Program-made: the position numbers and the translations under genes
The notes under the pieces: model-generated
Database searches by the model: none
Told to the model about the DNA's origin: nothing
Seen by the model: only the letters and a program-made list of their open reading frames with translations
Part shown: one piece after another, positions 13,730 through 28,921 of the stretch
Position numbering within the stretch: the stretch's first letter is position 1
Layout of the letters: each line of letters starts with the position of its first letter
Source of the DNA: Octopus vulgaris
Lineage: Eukaryota
Assembly (NCBI GenBank): GCA_951406725.2
Contig: OX597833.1
Coordinates: 17,050,001-17,114,000 of the forward strand
Direction: 5' to 3'
DNA: 64,000 bases

Positions 13730-13745
13730 TAATAATAATAATAAT
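13090..13745 (+). mobile_element. R4/Dong-like non-LTR retrotransposon, 5'-truncated, with (AAT)n tail
   Basis: HWTLCNKYGLDRAKKWYDHKPESIVENDNAKILWDF...WIIDIAC...KVDRYDRLAWEVKQLW...IIVGALGTV...LQKTTLRGTARLLRKVL*: restriction-like endonuclease C-terminus. Confidence 0.85.
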
Positions 13746-13754
13746 CCTTTCTTT

Positions 13755-14810
13755 CTTGGCCGCAAATGACGAGTGAAGTTTAAAACAGAAAAACGTGTAA
13801 ACATTAAAAACAAAAACAATTAACAAAAGAATTAAACAACAAAATTCCCCAGTAGCGGGAGTTCCACCCAGGATCAACCAGGGTACCTCACGCATCCTGG
13901 TCACCCCGACTGCCAAGGGTACACCAAGCAGGCACCACTCTTCCCCTCAACTGCTCCAGTGTACAGACGAATATTCAGAGAAGCCCCATTCACAGGAGCC
14001 ATTTTCGCAACATTCACCCACCTTTCAACAAACTTATTGGGGTGGAGGCAGTACTTCCCTCTCAACCCTCATTTTGCTTTTCAAGTGGAACTTGTAAAAG
14101 TCAACGAGGTCTCGGCCGAAGAGGAAAGTGTCTGTCTTCAGTCCTCTTAGTCTTGTCCACCACACTACCTCTTTCGCAATAGTCACCAGGAAGAAGAAAA
14201 TTGCTTTTCCCTTCCGGTCAAAAGAAGGCGGCGGGGCGATCCTCACAATGGACTCAACTGATAATCGGATCCGTCCTACATGTGACAACAGCTGTTCGAC
14301 AAAGGACGGACACTGGGCGAGTGCATGCAAGACGGTTTCATCGCCCTGCGCACATCTCAGACAGATCCGTCTGACATCACTTCCGTGTTTGTAGAGCTTG
14401 TCTCGAACCGGCAGAGTTCCCCGGTAGCACTGCCATGCCAGGGATTTCTGGAAGTTATCCATAGGCCCTGGCCCGAAAGTCCACTGGAAAAGGCCAGTTA
14501 GTTGATCCTTCTCGACGCCCAGAGTTTCCCCGAGTACGACATCGCTCTTTCTATCTACTAATCTTCTATAGAACTCCACAATGGAACTTCCACCGATCGC
14601 GTTGCCCGGCTGGCAGAAGGCTGTGAATGTTTGCGACACTCCACGTGCCAAGAGCCCTTTCTTGGACTGCGCTTGACCCAGGACTGTAGCTCCATCAAAG
14701 GGACGGCGAGCACACCTCACCGTTCAGGATACACTGGAGATGTCGCAGCCTCAGCGCATGTCGGCGCACCATTAGCCACGGCATGCCCAGTCTTCAACTC
14801 AGCGGCTGTT
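13755..14810 (-). mobile_element. Tx1/L1-clade LINE 3' fragment (zf-RVT region)
   Basis: ORF 14034-14720 contains AWQCYRGTLPVRDKL...CLRCAQGDETVLHALAQCP (CxxC...ETxxH...C). Confidence 0.8.
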
Positions 14811-14960
14811 GACAAATCGATTACATCGACCCCAGTGTTCAACTGGTACTTATTTTAGCGACCCCGAAAGAGTAAAAACTCAAAACTCAAAACGTAAAGG
14901 CAGACGAAATGCTTATCGGTATTTCATCCGGCTCGCTAAAGATTCCGCCAGCTCACCACC

Positions 14961-15022
<62 letters not shown>

Positions 15023-15430
15023 CCCTTCTAACATAGGTACTAGGCCTGAAATTTGGAGAAAGGGATTAAGTCGATTACATCGACCCCAGTGCGTAATTGG
15101 TACTTATTTAATCGACCCCGAAAGGATGAAAGGCAAAGTCGACCTCGGCGGAATTTGAACTCAGAACGTAGAAGCAGACGAAATACCTATTTCTTTACTA
15201 CCCACAAGGGGCTAAACACAGAAAGGACAAACAAGGACAGACAAACGGATTAAGTCGATTACATCGACTCCCCCCCCCCCCAGTGCGTAACTGGTACTTA
15301 GTTTATCGACCCCGAAAGGATGAAAGGTAAAGTCGACCTCGGCGGAATTTGAAACCAGAACGTACCAACGGGCGAAACACCATTAACCATTTCGTCCAGC
15401 GCGCTAACAATTCTGCCAGCTCGCCACCTT
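15023..15430 (-). mobile_element. SINE family C dimer
   Basis: Two bodies and one head on the minus strand between (AAT)n tracts. Confidence 0.8.
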
Positions 15431-15473
15431 AATAATAATAATAATAATGATAATAATAATAATAATAATAATA

Positions 15474-15572
<99 letters not shown>

Positions 15573-15939
15573 AAGAAGAAGAAGAAGAAGAAGAAGAAGA
15601 AGAAGAAGAAGAAGAAGAAGAAGAAGAAGAAGAAGAAGAAGAAGAAGAAGAAGAAGAAGAAGAAGAAGAATTTTTTTTTTTTTCATAATTCGCAGAATGT
15701 GTTTTATTTGCTTAACTTCATTGTCCGGCCCAATAAACTTCCGAAAGTGCTTACTTTCATAAAATGTTAGAGACTCTTAAGACGAAGGCTGTCGTAGCAA
15801 AAACTATATGTCAAGCCGTGGATTGTCTCCTGATATATAATAGCAAAACGTGTTGGCGCGATCTGGTTTTGATATTTTTATCTTCATCTTTTTTTACATT
15901 ATAAAATAACTAGTACGATAATTAAATGTCGACAGACAT

Positions 15940-16003
15940 AAACGTATGTATGTATGTATGTATGTATATACATACAAATACGCATATATACGCATGCATA
16001 TAC

Positions 16004-16056
<53 letters not shown>

Positions 16057-16202
16057 TACATATATACATATATACATATATATGTATATACAAACATATG
16101 TATATGTATACATAAGTATATACATACATGCACGTATATCTATCTATTTATCTATCTATATGTGAATATATATATATATATGCATATACATATATATGTA
16201 TG

Positions 16203-16247
<45 letters not shown>

Positions 16248-16434
16248 ACATATATACATGTATATACATGTATATATGTATATACACATATACATATATA
16301 TATGTATATACATACATACACATATATACATATACATATATATGAATATACAAACATGTTTAAACATACATATATCTATATATATATATATATATGTATA
16401 TGTATATATGTATATACATATATGCCTGTATATT

Positions 16435-16499
<65 letters not shown>

Positions 16500-16851
16500 A
16501 TGCATGTATGTATGTATGTATATGTACGTATATACTTCAAATAGGCAAATATGTTTTTTCTACTCGTGTGCAACAAGAAAAAAAAATGAAAACAATGAAA
16601 AAATAAAAAGAAAGAAACAGCAAGATATTTTCTTATGCTATTTTGCACCAGAGCACATGTCAATACTCGTGGTACTAGTTTTAGAATATGAAGATTTTGA
16701 TTCATTTCACAAATAAGAGAGATTTGTAGGAAATATATAAAAATGTCAAATGGAGCTGCCGGATATAATTAAAAGTGGAGGTGTTTCCAAAAGCAACATA
16801 ACTAACTAAAAACAACAGGCAATCCAGCCGTCTCAGAATGTAGAAGCCCCA

Positions 16852-16915
<64 letters not shown>

Positions 16916-16964
16916 AATCTATCTATCTATCTATCTATCTATCTCTCTAACTATCTATATATTC

Positions 16965-17037
<73 letters not shown>

Positions 17038-17179
17038 ACTGTTTGTCTGGCTGTCTATATATATCTGTGTTTGTCTGTGTATGTATGTCTATCAGCCTGT
17101 CGGTCTATCAGTGATTATAAACTTATATACGTATGTATGCATGCATATATGTAAGTCTATCTATCTATCTATCTATCTC

Positions 17180-17242
<63 letters not shown>

Positions 17243-17390
17243 CTATATTTCTGTCTATCCATCCATCTATCCATCTATCTATCCAGCCACGTATCTATCT
17301 ATCTAGCCATCTATTTTTATCTGTGCGCGTACGTCTGTATGTATGTGTGTGAGAGAGAGAGAGAGAAAGAGAGAAAGAGGGGGAGAGAAC
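15940..17390. repeat. (TA)n/(TAC)-rich low complexity followed by (ATCT)n and (AG)n
   Basis: Directly visible, with a short unique interruption at ~16540-16850. Confidence 0.9.
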
Positions 17391-17669
17391 GAAGGGTTAG
17401 GGTGATGCACTTACAGTCGCTAGATAGCGGTTTCTATTCCCCGGTGGGTCAGTGTGTAGTGTTCTTGAACAAAACCCTTCATTCTACGCCGCTCAGTTAT
17501 AACTTTGACAACTAGCGTGTAGCACACAATGCATTTGAACGGGCAATGTTATGAGGGAGAGACTGGACTAATTTGACCACTAAGACCAAATCATCTCTAC
17601 AAGTTGTTCAGGAAAATTTGCGGAGCTCTCCTCTTTGTTTATGGGTCTACTATATAATCTATATATATA

Positions 17670-17895
17670 CTCTTTTAACTCTTTTACTTGTTTCAGTCAT
17701 GTGACTGTGGCCATGCTGCAGTACCGCCTTTAGTCGAGCAAATCGACCTCAGGACTTATTCTTTGTAAGCCTAGTACTTATTCTATCGGTCTCTTTTGCC
17801 GAACCGCTAAGTGACGGGGACGTAAACACACCAGCATCGGTTGTCAAACGATGTTGGGGGGACAAACACCGACACACATACACACACACACACGA

Positions 17896-17942
<47 letters not shown>

Positions 17943-18105
17943 CTACGGGCTTCTTTCAGTTTCCGTCAACCAAATCCACTCACAAGGCTTTGGTTGGACC
18001 GAGGCTTTAGTAGAAGACACTTGCCCAAGGTGCCACGCAGTGGGACTGAACCCGGAACCATGTGGATGGTAAGCAAGCTACTTACCACACAACCACTCCT
18101 ACGCC
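17670..18105 (-). mobile_element. SINE family A
   Basis: Full-length match to consensus. Confidence 0.85.
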
Positions 18106-18142
<37 letters not shown>

Positions 18143-18366
18143 AATTTAATTAGAGGATGTGTAAACCTCATAAAGGGATGGTTTCGTCCAAAAGAAATAC
18201 AGATTCAATACCTAATATTTTGGGTGAAAGAATGTCCTTAAAATAATAGGTATATATAAAAACATATAGTATATATTCATTTGAAAAAGATAAGAAGATA
18301 AAGATTAATAAGTTAGTAATTGTTTATTATTAACAGCAAATAGGTCATATTGCCGTTAATGATAAA

Positions 18367-18695
18367 AAAAAGACTCCACCGGTTACGACGACGAGGGTCC
18401 CAGCTGATCCGAATCAACGGAACAGCCTGCTCGTGAAATTAACGTGCAAATGGCTGAGCATTCCACAGACACGTGTACCCTTAACGTAGTTCTCGGGGAT
18501 AATCAGCGTGACACAGAGAGTGACAAGGCTGACCGTTTGAAATACAAGTACAACTCATTTTCGCCAGCTGAGTGGACTGGAGCAACGTGAAATAAAGTGT
18601 CTTGCTCAAGGACACAACGCGTCGCCGGGAATCGAACTCACAACCTTACGATCATAAGCCGAATGCCCTAACCACTAAGCCACGCGCCCTCACAC
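18367..18695 (-). mobile_element. SINE family B with 15-bp TSD
   Basis: TSD GCCGTTAATGATAAA at 18352-18366 and 18696-18710. Close match to 10245-10571. Confidence 0.92.
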
Positions 18696-18746
18696 GCCGT
18701 TAATGATAAACAAATTATTAATTTCCTAATCTCCATTTTCTTTTCT

Positions 18747-19268
<522 letters not shown>

Positions 19269-19269
19269 A

Positions 19270-19670
19270 TATCGGGTCAACTCATAAATAATGCGTTTTT
19301 TCAATTGCATGAACTAAAACATGATGGAGAACGGGATAAACTACCTACATCAACTTGCTATAAAAGCAGGCAGTAATTTTACCTTGTACTTATTCTTAGA
19401 GCAATTTTTGAAGAGTGCAGTTCGATTTCAACTGTTATTTTTTAAAACCTATAATGGAAATGACAAAAGAGCATATTCGGTACATTTTGCTTTATGAGTT
19501 CTAATAACAGCAACAACGCAACGGAAAATGCGAGGAATTTTGAAAGAGGGGCCTTGCAAGTCTACCAGATAGATGGAAGAGTATTGTAGAAAATGAAGGA
19601 GAGTATATTTTAGATTCAAAAAAAAAACTTTATCTTAATTTTTAAAAATAAAAGAAGTATATAAAAACCG
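19270..19670 (+). mobile_element. Internally deleted mariner element
   Basis: N-terminus MEMTKEHIRYILLYEF joined almost directly to C-terminus RGLASLPDRWKSIVENEGEYILD. TA-CGGGT-type left end. Confidence 0.7.
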
Positions 19671-20111
19671 ATACATATACGATGGGCTTCTTTTTAAATT
19701 TTCCGTCTACCAAATCATCTCACATTGCTTTGATCAGCGCCGAGATGTAGCAGAAAACAGTGTAAATAAAATAGATCGATAGCAACAGTTACCTTTTATG
19801 GCAAAATATGCACCTACTCTGATTACTCTGCATAAAATATAACATATTTTTTGTTTTGAAGGCATAATTCACCCCTGCGTTTCAATCGCAGTATTTAAGC
19901 TACGGATAGTACTGCTGTAGTACACGTGCTGCGCACATTCCTACAACAACATTTACTTTACATACTGTAAAGGCAGAAAAAAATCTGCCTTCAACGTGAG
20001 ACTGTGTTTCGCTTGTATTTTGCGTGTTTTACTACATAAGTGTCACCAACTGCCTACCCTGAGTAATTACTGACGGCATGTGCTTGATATATATATATAT
20101 ATATATATATT

Positions 20112-20317
20112 AGTATGTGACCTCGTCTGTATCACTAGCGATTTTTTCCCCTGTCTTCCCTTCTCGGGATCTTTCCTTCTCCTATGTTTCCGACGAAGAA
20201 CTCCGCTCGAAACGTCAAACCCTCCTTCTTCCCTTCTTTCCTGAGCGTCCAATAATACTTTATTTGTTCCACGTCCTTGCGTTGTTGTTTTTTTTTTGTT
20301 TTTGTTTTCTTGTTTGG

Positions 20318-20325
<8 letters not shown>
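20112..20325 (+). mobile_element. Small (TA)n-flanked element with a minimal hammerhead motif (family H1)
   Basis: GTTT-CCGACGA-AGAACTCCGCTC-GAAA-CGTC-AAAC at 20186-20220. Homologous copy at 49355-49570 on the minus strand. Confidence 0.7.
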
Positions 20326-20380
<55 letters not shown>

Positions 20381-20497
20381 CGGGCTGCCGGCCTTCTGCC
20401 TAGCCTGCTCGGTGCTTTTCCCCACTCTGTCTCGTTTTTCTCCTTAAACCCCTTTCTCACATATTTTTCTCTTGAGCGAAAAAGAGTTACAGGTACT

Positions 20498-20553
<56 letters not shown>

Positions 20554-21605
20554 GAGATAGTGAGTGAGATTGAGACATAAAGAGAGACATATAGACAGAT
20601 AGAAAGCAAAGGTCTGGCGGCGACTGCAAAGGAATAAATGCAATGCATAAACTTAGAGAAAGTTTGAGGTGGATTGAATGTTAGATGGAGTATTTTTTCA
20701 CTCTGTAAAAAGCATTACGGTGAAATTGATGGTATGTGGATTGCTAGAAAGAGGAGCCAAAACACCACCAACTCGCCTCACCCCCATTCCGTTTACGGAA
20801 AATAAGTGCACAGTTATTTGAGGAATGGCCAATAAATTTATATGACACGAACAACCTGAAATATTTATTATATTTAGTGTCCCTAAACCACTTTCTATCT
20901 GTCTCACGTATTTTTTTCTCTAGAGAGAAAAAGAGGTGGAGGTAGTGAGAGAGAGAAACTTATACAACTAAAGAGAGAGAGGAGGAAATAGTGAGAGAGA
21001 TCGAAACATAGAGAGGGACATATAGACAGAGGGAGAGCAGAGGTCCAGCGGCGACTTCAAAGAAATAATAGTGGTTAGGGTGTCAGCATCATGATTGTAA
21101 GATTGTGGTTTCGATTCCTGGACCGGGCGACGCGTTGTGTTTTTGAGCAAAAATGAGAAACTCAGCTGGCAAAAATGAGAAACGCTGCGATGGACTGGCG
21201 TCCAGTCCAGCTACGGAACACATACGCCATTGAAACCGGGAAACCGGGCCCATGAACCTGGTTAGGCTTTAAAAGAGCGCATTTTTTTTTAAACTTCGAG
21301 AAAGTTGGCGATAGATTGAGTGAAAGGCGGAGTAAATACACCAACATCGGTTGTCAAGCGATACATATGCATACATATATGTATATATACGACAGGCTTC
21401 TTTCAGTTTCTGTCTGCCAAATACACTCACAATGTTTTGGTCAGCCCGAAGCTATAGAAGAAAGCACTTCCCAAGATGCCACACAGTGGGATTGATCTCG
21501 GAACCATATGGTTGGGAAGCAAAACTTTTACCACACAGCCACTCCTTTATGTATGTATGTATGTATGTATGTATGTATGTATGTATGTATGTATGTATGT
21601 ATGTA

Positions 21606-21640
<35 letters not shown>

Positions 21641-21679
21641 ATGTATGTATGTATGTATGTATGTATGTATGTATGTATG

Positions 21680-22553
21680 TATCGGGTGCGGGGAATAAAT
21701 TGTCGTCTATTTTACGCAAAATTGGAATTAGAACTGACATCTTTTAACAGTCATATTTACCAAAATTACATATAAATATCTTGAAATACTAAAGAGTAAA
21801 TTTATTCGATAGAATCGCCATTGGCTTCAACCGCGGCCTCCAGACCACTTCGGAATCTCCTGCAACTCTTCTGGGCGGCGGTCTCCTTGTTTAAGTTGGT
21901 GAATGGTGCCATAATCCTTAACTCCAGTTCATCTTTGGTGTTACAAGGAGTTTTGCTGGTCTCTCGCTCAACTGCGCCCCACACATAATAATCAAGGGGG
22001 TTACAGTCTGGGGAGTTAGATGGCCAGGTGTTAGGAGTAATGTGGTTGCATAAAATGTCTGAGAGCCATGACTGGGTTCTACTTGTGTCGCATGGTGCAA
22101 GAGTCCTGCTACCGGACATAGAGTCTTCCAGTAGCCATCTTCTTGACCCAGGGCAGTACTACCTCCTCCAGGCACTTGATGTAGGTCTCCGTGTTGAGTC
22201 TGAGGTCGTGTGGGAAGATGAATGGAAGCATAACGTCGCCATCACTAGTGATCACTCCAAACACCATGATGTTGACTGGATGTTTGATTTATATCACTCT
22301 TGGTACATGTCCTCAGATTGCAATATCCTCAAACACTCTGAGATGTTCGTATTGGAGCTTCCGGCATGAATGCCAAGCAGTACAGCATGTCGTTTCCAAA
22401 TTTCTGGTAGGGTTAATTGCGTTATGGTGCTGTCTTTCTCACAGACGGTACCCAATGGACCCTACCATACAGTGTAGTCAACAAATTCAAGATCAAACAA
22501 TGAGCATGCGCGAAATTAAAATTTGAACTGACGACAATTTACCCATCGCAATC

Positions 22554-22556
<3 letters not shown>
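21680..22556 (-). mobile_element. Tc1/mariner-superfamily (maT/DD37D-like) transposon, internally deleted
   Basis: WPSNSPDCNPLDYYVWGAVE...RRFRSGLEAAVEANGDSIE. Degenerate TIRs sharing TAAATTGTCGTC at both ends. Confidence 0.8.
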
Positions 22557-22630
<74 letters not shown>

Positions 22631-22631
22631 T

Positions 22632-22681
<50 letters not shown>

Positions 22682-22689
22682 TACATGTT

Positions 22690-22734
<45 letters not shown>

Positions 22735-23095
22735 GACAGGTTTCTTGCAGTTTCCGTCTACCAAATCCTCTCACAAGGATTTGGTCGTCGCAAGGCTATA
22801 GTAGAAAATATTTGCCCGAGGTGTCACGCAGTGGGACGGAACCCGGAAACATGTAGTTGGTAAGCAAACACACAGCTAGTGAAATATGCTTGAAACGTAT
22901 TCGAATCCGTAAGAAAGTCATTCACTGTATTTTGAGGTGGAGAAAATTTCTCGCCATTGACAGTTAGGTGTAAACGCACTGTCAGTTCGCACCGCCCCCT
23001 AATCAGACTGTCATATGCTTGCACATCGGAGTGGGGGTTATCTCCTCTTTGACATAAGAAACCGGAAAGCCAACGCTATGAACTGTTACACGTTG

Positions 23096-23162
<67 letters not shown>

Positions 23163-23353
23163 TGTGTATATCTGAATATATATATGAATATGTATATATA
23201 TATATATATATAAATATATATATATAAGGGAAGATCTGTCAAGTCATATATATTTATATGTGTGTATATATATACATATATACACACACACATATGAGGT
23301 TGCGGAGGAGGAAGGTCTACATCTTATTTGTTTTGCATATAACTGTAACCAAG

Positions 23354-23385
<32 letters not shown>

Positions 23386-23803
23386 CTTCTTCTTCTTCTT
23401 CTTCTTCTTCTTCTTCTTCTTCTTCTTCTTCTTCTTCTTCCTTCTTTCCTTCCTTCCTTCCTTCCTTCCTTCCTTCTTGTTAGTCTGTTTCCTCCAACTT
23501 TTCAATGTCACATTTACACAAAAACCACCCTCCCTACGCTACAATCAATCATTCCCATTGAACGAAGAACGGTAATTTTAGAACTCCCTCAATTACTACA
23601 TCCACTATATTATGATTTACTTTTCAATGTCATACACACTACAGTCTGAGATTGCCGGGGATTTATTTATTTATTTATTTATTTTTCGACTAATTTTTTG
23701 TTGAATGACTCTAGCTTTGACATACTATATTTGTATTATTTTTTTTATATATTTAGTTTCGTGTCATTGTCATTTTGATTTCCTTGTTTACTCTTTCGTA
23801 CAG

Positions 23804-23860
23804 CTTCCATCCAAGATGGACTTTATTCTCATAAGATGTCAGATATTTTGTTTTTCAGCG
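23804..23860 (+). other. Weak candidate internal exon (57 nt)
   Basis: Pyrimidine tract plus CAG at 23801-23803 and GT at 23861 (weak donor GTATAT). Length divisible by 3 (e.g. SIQDGLYSHKMSDILFFS). No homology recognised. Confidence 0.15.
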
Positions 23861-24124
23861 GTATATTATATATTATATATTTACGTCTTATCTTTTACTT
23901 CTCTCAGTCGTTGGTCTACGGCCATGCTGGGGCACTAACTTGAAGCGTTTTAGCCCAGCAAATCTCAAAATCTACCCCCGAAACTATTTTTTTTTTAAGC
24001 CACGTACTTAAAAAATCGAGGGCAATTTTTGTCCGAACTGCTAAATTACAGGAACATAAACAAAACAATACCGGTTGTCAAGTGTTATTGGAAGACAAAG
24101 ACATACATACATGATAGATCGCTA

Positions 24125-24320
24125 TGATACATCGGTAGCCACTACACACATTTTTATCTGTCCTTGTTTCTCTCTTTGTTTCTTTCTGTGTTCCTTTCTG
24201 TAGAAGAGCGTAGGTTCGAAACGTAAAGGACTTTTTCTATTTCTGAGCGTTATACTAATACATCTGTTTGTTTTCTACACCACCTGTCTTCGTCGTTTGT
24301 TTTTTTCGTGAATTCTCCAC
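24125..24320 (+). mobile_element. Small element with variant hammerhead motif (family H2)
   Basis: TCCTTT-CTGTAGA-AGAGCGTAGGTTC-GAAA-CGTA-AAGGA at 24192-24230. Copies at 48480-48640 (-), 50570-50760 (-) and 61505-61690 (+). Confidence 0.7.
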
Positions 24321-24985
24321 ACATACATACATACATACATCATACATACATACATACATACATACAATACATACATACATGCATACATGCATACATACAT
24401 ACATACATGCATACATACATACATACATACATACATACAATACATACATACATACATACATACATACAATACATACATACATAAATACATACATACATAC
24501 ATACATACATACATACATACATACATACATACATACATACAAACAAACAAGCATAATGCTGGTACTGACTAACCCCCTCAATCACTTAAGTTACGTCTTC
24601 ACTTGTTGCTTTTCGGTTGTAAATTGCGAATAGCTACCTTAATAATTAATAACTCTCACTTCACCATTTTCGGAATCAGTCAACGTTTCCTATAGTATTC
24701 CCTATAAGACTGACAGGGTGAGTTAGATTCTTTAACCCTTGGCTATGGAGTAATGAGTCACTGAGAAAGATTGATTAAATCTGAAAACAGCGCTGATATG
24801 ACTCCGTCTCGCTTGTCGTAAGGAGGGAGCCTGTACCTCTTTTCAGCCGTTGGAAAAGTGCTCTCACTTGGCTAAGAGTTATTTTGGTTCTTATGTCTAG
24901 CAATTCTGGTGTTTATTAACACCCTTCGTCACTCACTTTGGAAACGACTGTATTTGTTGCCTATCGGTTCTAAATTGTGAATAGC

Positions 24986-25671
<686 letters not shown>

Positions 25672-25835
25672 TGATAATAATATTAGATTATATATTGATC
25701 ATTCATTTTTATACTTTTTGAGATCTAGTTATATGTTTTATAAAAATATATAATATTTGTTATTGATGTTTTGGTTTATGTTTATCACTGTTTGAGTTGC
25801 ATAATAGTGGTTTTATCTCTAATTTACATATATTA

Positions 25836-25882
<47 letters not shown>

Positions 25883-26099
25883 TTTGAGTTGTAGTAACTG
25901 TTTGTTTATGTTTTTATTCCTTCGTACCCCTTCCACCTTGATCGTTACATTGCCTGAAACTAATCTTTATTTCGGCAGCTATGCCAACCTTACACTTAAA
26001 GCCGAGGTTTCAGCACAAATTTGACCTGATCACTTACTCTATGTATATTAGTTTGTCATCTAAAATCTTATTAATCGCAACTTGTAATATCCAGTGAAG

Positions 26100-27010
26100 A
26101 CGCATGGAAGCAGTGAGTTCGATTCCCGGAGCAAACTGAGTGTTGTGTTCTTGAGCAAGACACTTTATTTCACGTTGCCCCAGTTCACTCCGCTGTAGAA
26201 ATGAGTTGTGACGTCACTGGTGCCAAACTGTATCGACCTTTGCTTTTTCCTTGGATAACATCGATGGTGTGAAGATGGGAGGCTGGCATGCATGGGCCAC
26301 TACTGGTCTCCCGTAAAGGTCGACTTTGCCTTTCATCCTTTCGGGGTCGATATATTAAGTACCAGTTGCATACTGTGGTCGGTCTAATCGACTAGTCCCT
26401 TCCCCAAAAATTTCGGGCCTTGTGCCTAGAGTAGAAAACAAACGTTCGCACGTCGGACGAAATGCTTAGCGGCATTTCGTCTGTCTATACGTTCTGAGTT
26501 CAAATTCCACTGAGGTCGATTTTGCCTTTCATCTTTTCAGGGTCGATAAAATAAGTACTAGTTGCGTGCTGGGGTCGATGTAATTGACTAGCCTTTTCCC
26601 AAAAAATTTCGGTATTTCGTCTGTCTTTATGTTCCGAGTTCAAATTCCGTCAGAGTCGACTTTGCCTTTCATCCCTCTGGGTCAATAAATTAAGTACCAG
26701 TTGCATACTAGGGTCGATCTAATCGACTGGCCCCCTCCCTAAAAATTTCGGGCCTTGTACCTAGAGTAGGAAAGAATATTAAACAGTCTATATCAATGTG
26801 TCAAGCTGGCAGAATCGGTAGCAGGTCCGGACGAAATACTTGGCAGTATTCTTTTATCGTCCGTCTTTACATTCTGATTTCAAATTCTATCAAGGTTGAC
26901 TTTGTCTTTCGTTGTTCCTTGGTCAATAAAATAAATACCATACGATCATGGGATCGATATGATTTGCTTGCTCCTCCCCCAAGAGTTCAAGCTGTGTGTC
27001 TATAGCAGAA
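26100..27010 (+). mobile_element. Cluster of a CORE-like SINE and several partial SINE C units
   Basis: GAGTTCGATTCCC...TTCTTGAGCAAGACACTT followed by four family C bodies. Confidence 0.7.
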
Positions 27011-27072
27011 AGTATAATAATTCTTTCTACTTTGGAAGATAGAATATTATTAGCTTGCATAAAAATATCCTT

Positions 27073-27242
27073 AGGCGCAGGAGTGGCTGTGTGGTAAGTA
27101 GCTTGCTTACCAACCACATGGTTCCGGGTTCAGTCCTACTACGTGGCACATTGGGCAACTGTCTTCTATTATAGCCTCGGGCCGACCAAAGTCTTGTGTG
27201 GATTTGGTAGACGAAAACTGAAAGGAGCCCGTCGTATATATG

Positions 27243-27273
<31 letters not shown>

Positions 27274-27465
27274 TGGTGTGTCTGTGTTTGTCCTCCAACA
27301 TCGCTTGACAACCGACGCTGGTGTGTCTAGGTCCCCGTAACTTAGCGGTTCGGCAAAAGATACCGATATAATAAGTACTAGGCTTACAAAGAATAAGTCC
27401 TAGCGTTGATGTGCTCCAGCATGACCGCAGTCACATGACTGAAACAAGTAAAAGAGTAAAAGAGT
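27073..27465 (+). mobile_element. SINE family A
   Basis: Consensus match with a small internal deletion. Confidence 0.8.
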
Positions 27466-27833
27466 AAAAAATAGGAGTTATTAGAAACATTTGGCAGAAG
27501 TTCTTTCCCGATTCGCTTTATTGTTTCCACTGTACATGATATAGGTCTATTTAATTTAACGTTTCTGTCTTCGGGGGTCAATTGTTGTTATAGAAGAAAT
27601 ATCGTTAAGTAGCAATACGATTGGTAGTTCAACCCACTCAAAGACATTCAGCTTTGTAATAATTGTTTCTTTGCCAAAAGCGTTTGTTTTTTGTCTGTTT
27701 AAACTATTTAGTCTCTTGGCGCGTTCGAGCCGTGATTTGATTTCAATTTCTTCAATTCTTCAATGGTCTACCTCCAATCTTTTCAAGCCGTAAATTTATG
27801 TGTAAAGAAAGTCTGTTTTTATTATTTAGAATT

Positions 27834-28667
27834 CTTTTCTACTCAAGGCACAAGGCACGAACTTAGCAGCTGACAAAATACCTATTTCTTTACTACAAGG
27901 GGCGAAACACAGAAGGGACAAACAAGGACAGACAAACGGATTAAGTCGATTATATCGACCCCAGTGCGTAACTAGTACTTAATTTATTGATCCCGAAAGG
28001 ATGAAAGGCAAAGTTGACCTCGGCGGAATTTGAACTCAGAACGTAGCGGCAGACGAAATACCTATTTCTTTACTACCCACAAGGGGCTAAACACAGAAGG
28101 GACAAACAAGGACAGACAAACGGATTAAGTCGATTATATCGACCCCAGTGCGTAACTAGTACTTAATTTATTGATCCCGAAAGGATGAAAGGCAAAGTTG
28201 ACCTCGGCGGAATTTGAACTCAGAACGTAGCGGCAGACGAAATACCTATTTCTTTACTACCCACAAGGGGCTAAACTCAGAGAGAACAAACAAGGACAGA
28301 CAAACGGATTAAGTCGATTAAATCGACCCCAGTGCATAACTGGTACTTATTTAATCGACCCCGAAAGGATGAAAGGCAAAGTTGACCTCGGTGGAATTTG
28401 AACTCAGAACGTAGCGGCAGACGAAATACCCATTTCTTTACTATCCACAAGGGGCTAAACCCAGAGAGGACAAACAAGGACAGACAAAGGGATTAAGTCG
28501 ATTACATCGACCCCAGTGCGTAACTGGTACTTATTTAATCGACCCCAAAAGGTTGAAAGGCAAAGTCGACCTCGGTGGAAATTGAACTCAGAACGTAACG
28601 GCAGACGAAATACCGCTAAGCACTTCGCCCGGCGTGCTAACGTTTCTGCCAGCTCGCCGCCTTTTTA
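27834..28667 (-). mobile_element. SINE family C tetramer inside one 13-bp TSD
   Basis: TSD ATTATTTAGAATT at 27821-27833 and 28668-28680. One head and four ~181-bp bodies. Confidence 0.88.
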
Positions 28668-28921
28668 ATTATTTAGAATTACATTATCTTAGATGTGCTT
28701 CTCTTTCCATGACATAAGGGTGAGATTTAGCTGTCATTTCTACCAGGTCGAGCGGTTATTTAATGTCTCCTAGTGTTAAAAATAGTGAATTGACAGAAAC
28801 GGTAGAAGACCCTTGCTAAAAGCCCTAATGAGTGTAGCCTGGTCCCTAGACGTTCTGAGTTCAAACGGGTCCCACGACGATTCTTTACTTTTCACCCACT
28901 CAGTTCCATTAAGTGAGTAAT

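Noticed and set aside
20550-21065. ~80-bp direct repeats ~430 bp apart as LTRs (similar short duplication at 31225-31380)
   Set aside because: AG-rich, no TG...CA ends, PBS, PPT or TSD; most simply local duplications.
27470-27800. Possible Penelope ORF remnant on the minus strand (SRLERAKRLNSLNRQK)
   Set aside because: Too short and degenerate; no RT or GIY-YIG motif visible.
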